From: Myxococcota bacterium
Lineage (GTDB): Bacteria; Myxococcota; XYA12-FULL-58-9; JALHOP01
Assembly (NCBI GenBank): GCA_022842935.1
Contig: JALHOP010000010.1
Span: 4,926 to 68,925 of the forward strand
Direction: 5' to 3'
DNA length: 64,000 nucleotides
Shown here: positions 9,077-16,844 of the stretch, piece by piece
Position numbering within the stretch: position 1 is the first letter of the stretch
Layout: each line of letters begins with the position of its first letter
The notes under the pieces: model-generated
The model's database searches: none
Seen by the model: the letters and a program-made list of their open reading frames with translations, nothing else
Told to the model about the DNA's origin: nothing
Program-made: the position numbers and the translations under genes

Positions 9077-10077
9077 CGAGCTTCGTCATCGAGCGCCCCT
9101 GGATGTTGTGGTTCCTGGCGGTGCCGTTTCTGGTGACGCTCGTCGGAATCCAAGGCGAGCGTCTGGGACACTCGCGCCTTGCCCGTTTGGTCGCGCCACG
9201 GCTGCAGCCGCTACTCGTGACCCGCTCACCCGGCGGCTTCTGGCGGCACATCGTGATTGGCGCATCGCTGGCGGCTTTGGTGATTGCGCTAGCCGGCGTC
9301 CGCTATGGCGACGTCGAAGAAGAGATACGCGGGCGCGGCGTCGATGTGATGGTGGCGCTCGACGTCTCCGACAGCATGTTGGCGCGTGACGTCGAGAGCG
9401 ACGCTGGTCTCACGCGTCTCGAGCGTGCCAAGCGCGAGATCTTGGACCTGCTCGCGCGCCTGGACGGCGATCGCATCGGCCTCGTGCTCTTCGCAGGTGA
9501 CGCGGTGCTCCAACTACCGTTGACGCTCGACTACGAGGCTGCGGCACTGTTCGTCCGCGAAGTCGCGCCAGAGCTCGTCTCCACCAAGGGGACGGCTGTC
9601 GCCAAAGCTATCGACGTGGCGACGCTCGCTTTCGATGCCGGCGTCGCCGAGGGGCGCGCCATTATCTTGATCACGGATGGCGAAGACACGGAAGGCGATG
9701 TGGAAACAGCGGCCACGAAGGCCAAGGAAGCGGGTGTGCGGGTGTTCGGCATCGGCATCGGTCGCAGCGAGGGCGCGCCCATTCCGCTTGCTGGCGGCGG
9801 CTTTCGCCGCGACACGCGTGGCGAAATGGTGCTGAGCCGCCTGGACGAGGCCCAGCTCACACGGATTGCCTCGGCAACTGGCGGTGACGTCGTGCGGTCC
9901 ACCAGCGGGGACTATGACCTCGAACGCATCTATGCGGGGATCAAAGCGAGGGTCGCCGCGCGGGAGCTTGGGTCGCGGCGGCGCGTGCACGGGAAAGACC
10001 GTTACCGCGTCTTGGTCTCGTTGGCTGCTGCGGGACTCATGCTCGAGTCTATCCTCCGGGGGCGACGTACGCGATGA
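9073..10077 (+). CDS. batB: BatB-like VWA domain membrane protein
   Basis: DVSDSMLARD, RLERAK, PLTLDY, ITDGED, IASATGG. ATG 9073 overlaps the batA stop. Confidence 0.9.
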   Translation: MTSFVIERPWMLWFLAVPFLVTLVGIQGERLGHSRLARLVAPRLQPLLVTRSPGGFWRHIVIGASLAALVIALAGVRYGDVEEEIRGRGVDVMVALDVSDSMLARDVESDAGLTRLERAKREILDLLARLDGDRIGLVLFAGDAVLQLPLTLDYEAAALFVREVAPELVSTKGTAVAKAIDVATLAFDAGVAEGRAIILITDGEDTEGDVETAATKAKEAGVRVFGIGIGRSEGAPIPLAGGGFRRDTRGEMVLSRLDEAQLTRIASATGGDVVRSTSGDYDLERIYAGIKARVAARELGSRRRVHGKDRYRVLVSLAAAGLMLESILRGRRTR

Positions 10078-10874
10078 TTGTACTCCTGCTCACCATCTTC
10101 GGCGCGGACCCAGGCGTCATATCTTACGAACTCCGAGACTACGCGACCGCGATAGAGGAGCTCGCGCGAGCTCTCACCGACAAGCCCCACGACGCGCGAA
10201 TCGACTTCGACCTCGGAAGCGCGCTGTACAAGGCGGGGCGATTTGCGGACGCCGAGAAGGCCTTCGGCAGAGCGGCGCGTGACCCAAAGCTCACGGCGCG
10301 AGCCCTGTACGACCAAGGAAACGCAAGGTTCAAGCAGGAGAACTTCAAGGGGGCGATCGAGAGCTACGAGAGTGCGCTGAAGACGGACACAAACGATGCG
10401 GATGCGAAAGCGAACCTCGAGCTGGCAAAGCGAAAGCTCGCAGAGAAGGAGAAAGAGGAAGAGCAGCAGAAGCAAGAGAAGCCAGAGCAGCCGAACGCCG
10501 AGCAGCCGAAGCCCGATGACCGACAGCCGAACGCCGAGCAGCCGAAGCCCGATGACCGACGGCCGAACGCCGAGCAGCCGAAGCCCGACGACCGACAGCC
10601 GAACGCCGAGCAGCCGAAGCCCGATGACCGACAGCCGAACGCCGAGCAGCCGAAGCCCGATGACCGACAGCCGAACGCCGAACAGCCGAAGCCCGATGAC
10701 CGACGGCCGAACGCCGAGCAGCAAGCTGCCGGCCAGCCCAAGCGCGAGCATCGTCCGACCGACAAGTCCGTGATGACCGAGGAGCAAGCCGCGCGTCTCC
10801 TCGAGCGGGTCGACGAGAAGCGGCCGCGCGCGCGCCAGCGTCAGAAGCACTCGCGCTCGGGCAAGGACTGGTGA
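10074..10874 (+). CDS. batC: BatC-like TPR protein with low-complexity tail
   Basis: TPRs (FDLGSALYKAG, YDQGNARFK, DAKANLELA), Q/E/P-rich tail, EQAARLL...KDW terminus typical of BatC. Confidence 0.85.
   Translation: MIVLLLTIFGADPGVISYELRDYATAIEELARALTDKPHDARIDFDLGSALYKAGRFADAEKAFGRAARDPKLTARALYDQGNARFKQENFKGAIESYESALKTDTNDADAKANLELAKRKLAEKEKEEEQQKQEKPEQPNAEQPKPDDRQPNAEQPKPDDRRPNAEQPKPDDRQPNAEQPKPDDRQPNAEQPKPDDRQPNAEQPKPDDRRPNAEQQAAGQPKREHRPTDKSVMTEEQAARLLERVDEKRPRARQRQKHSRSGKDW
10491..10721 (+). repeat. Coding tandem repeat: 36-bp unit, 6 full copies plus a 15-bp partial (PNAEQPKPDDR[Q/R])
   Basis: Unit CCGAACGCCGAGCAGCCGAAGCCCGATGACCGAC(A/G)G repeated head to tail with a few single-base variants. 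Confidence 0.97.
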
Positions 10875-12574
10875 GCATGTCGCGCGCGGTCGTCTTGCTC
10901 GTCACCCTCGTGTCGTCCCCAGCGTTCGCAGGCAGCGCGCGCGCGACGCTCGACCGCGGCCGCGCTAGCCTCGACGACGAGCTCACCCTGACGATTCAGG
11001 TCGTTGGCAGCGCTGACACGCCTGAGCTTCCCAGCAGCATGAACACGGACTTCGAGGTCCAAAGCTCAGGACAAGCAAACCAGGTCTCAATCATCAATGG
11101 CCGCATGAGCTCGAGCACGCGCTACACCTTCACGCTCGTGCCCAAACACGCCGGCACCCTCTCCGTTCCCGCCATCCCCGTGGTCGTCGACGGCACGCGC
11201 ATGGCGACCGAGCCTCTGCAGGTGCTGGTCGCGGCGGCCAGCTCCAAGCCTGGTCAGGGCGGCGACGAGATCTACCTCACTGCGGAGCTGACCCCCGCGA
11301 GCGGCCCACGTCAGTCGGCTTTCGTGGGGGAGCAGCTCGTCTACACCCTAAAGGTATGGGCGCGCGTCGACGCGTCATGCCCTAGCTTGAAACTCCCCGA
11401 TTTCCCCAACGCGGTGTCATACGATCTGGGAGAGCGACGTCAGTATCGCACGCACGTGGACGGCGAAGATTTTTCGGTCGTCGAGGTGCGCAAGGCCGTT
11501 TTCGCGGACAAGGCGGGAGTGTTGGACATCGCCCCGGTGCGGCTCCAGTGCACCATAGAGCGCAACCGACGCGGCGGCGACGAGTTTGGGCGCATCTTTG
11601 GCAGCAACGGAGTCCGCAAAGTCGTACGCAGCAACGCAGCGCGTATGTCCATCGAGGCATTGCCGCCGCCGCCCGCTGATTTTTCGGGCCTTGTCGGCGA
11701 TGTGGCGGTGAGTACAGCGCTCAGCAAAACAGAAGCCCGCGCTGGCGACTCGGTGACGCTCTCGCTCGCGGTACGCGGTGATGCCGAGATGACTGCTGCT
11801 CCGGAGCCGCGGGTGCAGTTCCTTAACTCGGTGAAGGTCTATGACGACAAGCCGACCCTACGCTACGACGGGTCTGGCGCGGCGCTCATCGGAGAGCGCG
11901 TCTTCCAGAAAGCATTGGTCGCGCAGAGCGCGGGCGACATACGACTCCCGGCACCGAGCCTTACTTACTTCGACCCGAAGCGACGGGCGTACGCCAAGGC
12001 GGAGTCACAGTCGCTCACACTGCGAATCGTCGGCGACGACTCTGTTGCCACCGTCGCGACACCAGCGAACCCGAGCGCGCCTCTAGCGAGCGCGGCGCCC
12101 ACAACAGGTCAACCCGGGCGGCGTGCGGCGTTCGCGGTGCGCGGGGCACGACAAGACCTTGCAACGTGGCTGCGCGGCCCCCGACTCGCGGCGCTCGTCA
12201 TCGCACCCCTTTTCGTCGCGTTCGTCGCACGAAGCCGTCGCCCCAAGTTGGCGGGAAGCACCCAAAAGAAGCAGCGCCGCGAAGCAGCGCGACGCGCCCT
12301 GGCAGAGCTCGAGCGACTCGGCGACGACGCGCGCGAGGTATCGCGCGTGGTTCGGGAGCTCATTGGCCACCGTGTTCAGCACCACGGCGCGGCACTCTCG
12401 ACCGATGAGGCCCTGGCAGCCTTGGTCGCCAGTGGTGTGGACGCGGCCCTTGTTGGGCGAGCACGCGCGGTACTCGTAGCCTGCGACGCCTCTCTCTACG
12501 GCCATGCAAACAGTCACACGGCCGTAAAGGACGATGCCATCGCGCTGGCGCGCGGCTTCGCGGAGTCGGCATGA
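10871..12574 (+). CDS. batD: BatD-like protein
   Basis: Signal peptide, SIINGRMSSSTRYTFTLVP, VGEQLVY, GLVG..GDSVTL, YFDP Ig-like modules, late TM. Confidence 0.88.
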   Translation: MSMSRAVVLLVTLVSSPAFAGSARATLDRGRASLDDELTLTIQVVGSADTPELPSSMNTDFEVQSSGQANQVSIINGRMSSSTRYTFTLVPKHAGTLSVPAIPVVVDGTRMATEPLQVLVAAASSKPGQGGDEIYLTAELTPASGPRQSAFVGEQLVYTLKVWARVDASCPSLKLPDFPNAVSYDLGERRQYRTHVDGEDFSVVEVRKAVFADKAGVLDIAPVRLQCTIERNRRGGDEFGRIFGSNGVRKVVRSNAARMSIEALPPPPADFSGLVGDVAVSTALSKTEARAGDSVTLSLAVRGDAEMTAAPEPRVQFLNSVKVYDDKPTLRYDGSGAALIGERVFQKALVAQSAGDIRLPAPSLTYFDPKRRAYAKAESQSLTLRIVGDDSVATVATPANPSAPLASAAPTTGQPGRRAAFAVRGARQDLATWLRGPRLAALVIAPLFVAFVARSRRPKLAGSTQKKQRREAARRALAELERLGDDAREVSRVVRELIGHRVQHHGAALSTDEALAALVASGVDAALVGRARAVLVACDASLYGHANSHTAVKDDAIALARGFAESA

Positions 12575-13140
12575 CAGCGGACGAAGCCTTCGACGCGGGA
12601 GTGATAGCGCTTGGCCGCGATGACCACCCCACCGCTATTGCGAGCCTCCTGGTGGCGCGTGACGCCGCCCCGAGGGACGTCGAGATCGCAAGCGCGCTGG
12701 AGACGGCGCGAGAGTCGAGTGGTAGTCGCGTTCATGTTGACGTGCCGATCCCCGTCGCGGCAACGGACCTTGGTCTGCTGTTGCTGCTCGTGAACGTTGC
12801 CCTCTGCATCGCCATCGCCCGTCGCGTCAGACGCCGGCTGCTCGTCGGAACCGTCGCCGCCTGGTTCGTGGTGCTGGGAGCACTGCTAACGCGTGTCGTG
12901 ACGCAACCCGACTACGTGGTGGTCGTTCGCGAAGGCACCAAGACCTACGCCGCCGACGACGTCAGCAGCCTGGAGCGCTACCAGGTCACACGCGGAGACG
13001 AGCTCGTGCTTCTCGAAAAGCGAGGCGCCTGGCTCAAGGTCGAAGGCCCCGAAGGACCGGCCTACTTGGCTGCTGGAGACGCGGTGGAGGCAACGCGCGG
13101 TAACGATGTCAGCGAGACGCGTAGCGACACTGCCAAATAG
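12571..13140 (+). CDS. batE: BatE-like protein (TPR remnant, 2 TM, SH3-like)
   Basis: Last gene of the operon; two TM helices; C-terminal GDELVLLEKRGAWLKV SH3b-like strand pattern. Confidence 0.65.
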   Translation: MTADEAFDAGVIALGRDDHPTAIASLLVARDAAPRDVEIASALETARESSGSRVHVDVPIPVAATDLGLLLLLVNVALCIAIARRVRRRLLVGTVAAWFVVLGALLTRVVTQPDYVVVVREGTKTYAADDVSSLERYQVTRGDELVLLEKRGAWLKVEGPEGPAYLAAGDAVEATRGNDVSETRSDTAK

Positions 13141-13200
13141 TCATCGTTGCGAATCGGTCAACATTTGCCGAGCCCCGGCGTCTGAACATAACGTTTCGCA

Positions 13201-13854
13201 ATGGCCACCAAGACGACAGCGCCTCAGAAGATTCCCAGGAATACCCTTGCGGCGCTGAAGAAGGCGAAGCGCGTCACGAACGCTGGTGACGATGACGACC
13301 TCTCCGAGCTCATCAAAGACGAAGACATTCAAAGCTGCGTTAGCGTTGATGATGCTTGCGTGCACGACGGCGACCTTACGGTCGAAGGCGATCTCGATCT
13401 CTTCGACGGCGCAGTGCTGATCGTCAAAGGCAATCTGACCGTCTCAGAGGCTGTGCTTACCGACGAAACGGCGACTCTTGTCGTCACGGGCAAGCTCAAG
13501 TGCCGCCACCTGTTTCTCGAGGGCAACCTCGAGATTCAGCAGGGGGCGACGATGAGCGGCGTAATCTTCGGGTTCTACGAAGCCGGCATGTCGCGCATTC
13601 ATGGCACGACGAAAGCGAAGGTCGCGCTCATTGGTAACCATGACTTCGAGACCGACGACGAGGACTACAAGACCGTCGCGCGCTTTTCGAATCATCACGA
13701 GCTCAGCGAAGGGGATCCCGCGGAGCTCGAAAAGGTCCTCGGAGCCAAGGCCTTTAAGGGCTTGAGCCGCCTCATGGGTATTTCCGATGCGGAGGAGGGA
13801 GATGAGGAAGACGGCAACGACGCCTGGAGCCTCAAGCTCCTTCGGCATCTCTAG
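13201..13854 (+). CDS. Acidic hypothetical protein with beta-solenoid (bactofilin-like) repeats
   Basis: Repeated V/I-x-G-D/N-L-x-V units (HDGDLTVEGDL, IVKGNLTV, VVTGKLKC, LEGNLEI). Confidence 0.6.
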   Translation: MATKTTAPQKIPRNTLAALKKAKRVTNAGDDDDLSELIKDEDIQSCVSVDDACVHDGDLTVEGDLDLFDGAVLIVKGNLTVSEAVLTDETATLVVTGKLKCRHLFLEGNLEIQQGATMSGVIFGFYEAGMSRIHGTTKAKVALIGNHDFETDDEDYKTVARFSNHHELSEGDPAELEKVLGAKAFKGLSRLMGISDAEEGDEEDGNDAWSLKLLRHL

Positions 13855-13869
13855 ATCACCCCTCCGGCG

Positions 13870-14265
13870 TTGCGAACCTGCCTACTCGTCAGCCCTGCCA
13901 GCCTTGCCGCGGGGTCTGTCGCCAGCAACGCGCGCGGTCCGTCTTCCGATACGCAAGGGGTGAGGTCAGAACCAGCAGGAAAGCCTCAGGGCATGACGCT
14001 CGGGTCGACCGAGCCCACCGCAGCGGAGCTTCGCCGTGCTTGGGAGCCCTTGCTCAAGGTGACCAGCACGGCGCCCCAGGCCGCCACCTACCGGCGCGGC
14101 ATCGTCAGCGTCAGATCCGACGTACCGCCGCCCAAGAAGGTGTTGCTTTACGCGATGGACGCGTGGCGTACCTCGTGCGCCGACTTCTTCGGGGGGCATG
14201 TGACCAACCTGCCACCAACCGCCACGGGTGAGCTGCGCTTCGACGTCACCGTCTACACCGACTAG
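13870..14265 (+). CDS. Hypothetical protein (start uncertain)
   Basis: ORF lies between co-oriented genes; no recognisable motif. Confidence 0.35.
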   Translation: MRTCLLVSPASLAAGSVASNARGPSSDTQGVRSEPAGKPQGMTLGSTEPTAAELRRAWEPLLKVTSTAPQAATYRRGIVSVRSDVPPPKKVLLYAMDAWRTSCADFFGGHVTNLPPTATGELRFDVTVYTD

Positions 14266-14331
14266 CAGACCACGCCCTGGCGTCAGCTGTCGCCCGCGCA
14301 CCTTCTTGAAGCCGTCCCCGATCATGGAGCG

Positions 14332-14892
14332 ATGACAATCAACGTGACTGCCTCCGGAGTCGTTCCCGCGTTCGCTTCGGCGTCCGCCGACGACCGCCTG
14401 ATAGCCATTCGCAAAACACTTGCCGCCGATGGCATCACGCTCACGCCGACCGATGCCGTGAATCGCTCGGATGGCCGCGTCTACGCGCTGGCCCGCTCCG
14501 GCCAGCCTGATGTCAAGCTTCCCCTCGCCGACTCGTTGCCCGTGGATGTCGCCATCCTTCGCAGCCAGCTCGCGATGGGTATTCTCCCCCCGTTGGTCAC
14601 CGCGTTTGCGCAAGGCCTGTCGGCGGTGGCGTCGTCGAGCCTCACCCGACTTCTCACTACAGGCAGCCTGCATCCCGAAGAAGAGGCCGTCCGCTATAGC
14701 AAGAGCGACAAGCAGCTTTTCCGCAAGATCAACTCGATCACTGCGACGGACAAGGACCTCGAAGCCCAATTCGGCGACGACTTCGGCGACGGCCCCGGTG
14801 TTCTGACCCTCAAGCGCAGCGGTGACGGCTTCGAGAGCTGGGCCGCCTTTGCGTTCTTCGGAACACGGCAGACCAAGCTAGACCTCGGCTAG
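14332..14892 (+). CDS. Hypothetical protein
   Basis: GGAG RBS just upstream; coding-like composition; no family recognised. Confidence 0.6.
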   Translation: MTINVTASGVVPAFASASADDRLIAIRKTLAADGITLTPTDAVNRSDGRVYALARSGQPDVKLPLADSLPVDVAILRSQLAMGILPPLVTAFAQGLSAVASSSLTRLLTTGSLHPEEEAVRYSKSDKQLFRKINSITATDKDLEAQFGDDFGDGPGVLTLKRSGDGFESWAAFAFFGTRQTKLDLG

Positions 14893-15046
14893 CCGCTCCG
14901 CAATCGGGGCCGCAGTGCCGTACTGCAACGACGTCGAACGCCTTGTGCGACACGCGCGTCCCGACAGTGCTCGCCAAAGCCGACGAGCCGCTAGTCGTCG
15001 ATGGCGATGCTCGGGGGCAAGGAGGCACCCACCCGCCTCGGATAGG

Positions 15047-15355
15047 CTACTGCTCGTCGTTGGGTACCAGGCGAACAGGATTTCGGGTGGAAACACCAGC
15101 TCGCGCCCGGGCGCCGGTGTTTCCGACGTCCCTTGCGGCGTCGCCCAAGAGAGTTCCGAGACCAAGGAGTGGCATGCCCACCAAGCAGACCGGGTTCAAA
15201 AACTGGAACTTGCTCTGGTGACAGTAGTCCACGAACGACTCGGAGGCGCTCTTGGGGGGCGGCGGGGCCGGTCTGCCGGGCTCATCGCCGTCGTTCTCGC
15301 TGAGCAAATGCTCCGCGCCCGATACAGCCCCCGCAACGGTGTTCACTTGACTCAT
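15047..15355 (-). CDS. Hypothetical protein
   Basis: GGGAG RBS upstream on the minus strand; Pro-rich N-half and one hydrophobic segment. Confidence 0.4.
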   Translation of the reverse strand: MSQVNTVAGAVSGAEHLLSENDGDEPGRPAPPPPKSASESFVDYCHQSKFQFLNPVCLVGMPLLGLGTLLGDAARDVGNTGARARAGVSTRNPVRLVPNDEQ

Positions 15356-15488
15356 GTTGCCGATCTCCCTTCGCGCTAGTGCCGCTTCGACCCGAACTTA
15401 TCGGGTCAGGGCTCGGCACGATGCGGCACCAAGCCATGACATAGGCCCATGGTGCGGAATCGTTCCTGCACGAGCGGCAGCGGCGATC

Positions 15489-16844
15489 TCACTCGAATTC
15501 GGCGGGAAATGGTAGCGCTAGACGTGACGCTCTTCGCGTGAGGCGCTCGATACGGCGCGCGCTCGCGACCTCAGGCTCGGCCATGATGGCGTTGCGCGCG
15601 TACTCGAGTGCACGGGCAGGATCACGCAGCCGTCGCTCGTAGAGCTTCGCGAGCTCGAGGCACAGCGACGGTGCGTTGTCGGGCTCGACATGGGTGAGCG
15701 CCCTTTCGAGAGCCGCGACCGCTGAAGCGAACTCACCTCGGCGCTTGTGCACTCGCGCCATGAGCACGAGCGCCGGTGTCGACACGTCGGAGCCCCCCGC
15801 GGCCGCCGTTAGCGCGAACGCATGCGCGCGGTCTCCGTCACCGGCGCGTACCGAGAGCTCAGCGAGCGCGAGCTGATCGCGCAGGTCGTCGTCGCTCGAA
15901 GCGCTCTCCAGCTTGTCGGCTAGCACGCCGAGCAACGCCACCAGCGACACCAGGTCGTGCTGGTTGTGTACCAGGATCGGGTTCAAACAGGCGCCGTCTT
16001 TGCCGCGCAAGAACTCCATATAGATGGCGGGGATCTGCGCGCCACCGACATCGTCATGTCGGGTCAGCGCCAAGACCTCGCGCTCGAGCTCGGTGAGCTG
16101 GACGTTCGTGAGCCGACGGCGGAAGACGCGGCGCGCGCAATGCAGAAGGTCGACGTGCGCAGCGGGCTCGGGGACCTTCATGCGATTCAATACGAATCGC
16201 GTCCGTAAAAGCGGCCAATCGAAGCTCTTGCCGTTGTAACTGACGATGCACGACGCTTGAGCGATACGCATGGCCAGCTCCTCGAGCATCGGACCTTCCT
16301 CGCCAGGCTTGCGCAACACCAGCTGCTCGACCTGCACCGCAGCGCCATCGAACCAAGCCATGCCGATGAGAAAGGGCAACGTGCCGGCCCCATGCGACAG
16401 CCCGGTGGTCTCGGTGTCGATGTACAGGGCGCGGCTTAAATCGATTGGCGTGAGCCTCTCGTCGAGCGCCAGCTTGGCGATGAGCTCACCGGTAGCAATG
16501 AGACCTCGCCGCAAACGCGCGCAGCCCTGGGAATGATCGGGGTCGAAAGACTGGGCAACGACGTGCAGCTCGCCGCGAGCGTTTGAACGTACGGAACCAG
16601 CGAGACCCGATGCGGGCTCAGCGCGGGAACGCTTGGGCTTTGCCTGCCGATTCGCGAGGGCGAGCAAGCGCGACTTGATGTTGTCTGCGCGACCAATCGG
16701 CGCGTCGAGATTCGGCGCATCCGCCGTCGCGGCATCGACGACCGGCGTTCGGCTACCAACGATCGCAGACCGGCCATCGGCGACCTGGCCCTCGGCCATC
16801 GCCCCGTCAGGCCGAAGCCGCGACAGCTTCTTCTTCATGTCCAT
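15489..16844 (-). CDS. YprB/MrfB-like RNase H-fold (DEDD) exonuclease with C-terminal TPRs
   Basis: YIDTETTGL, SYNGKSFDWP, HVDLLHCARR, HNQHDL; TPR tail (LELAKLYE). Confidence 0.9.
   Translation of the reverse strand: MDMKKKLSRLRPDGAMAEGQVADGRSAIVGSRTPVVDAATADAPNLDAPIGRADNIKSRLLALANRQAKPKRSRAEPASGLAGSVRSNARGELHVVAQSFDPDHSQGCARLRRGLIATGELIAKLALDERLTPIDLSRALYIDTETTGLSHGAGTLPFLIGMAWFDGAAVQVEQLVLRKPGEEGPMLEELAMRIAQASCIVSYNGKSFDWPLLRTRFVLNRMKVPEPAAHVDLLHCARRVFRRRLTNVQLTELEREVLALTRHDDVGGAQIPAIYMEFLRGKDGACLNPILVHNQHDLVSLVALLGVLADKLESASSDDDLRDQLALAELSVRAGDGDRAHAFALTAAAGGSDVSTPALVLMARVHKRRGEFASAVAALERALTHVEPDNAPSLCLELAKLYERRLRDPARALEYARNAIMAEPEVASARRIERLTRRASRLALPFPAEFE

Noticed and set aside
10491-10721. 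36-bp repeats as a CRISPR array
   Set aside because: Head-to-tail with no spacers, in frame within batC, and no cas genes in the window.
10002-10986. Antisense repetitive ORFs (e.g. 10002-10850 LLGVRLSVIG repeats)
   Set aside because: Shadow frames of the batC tandem repeat.
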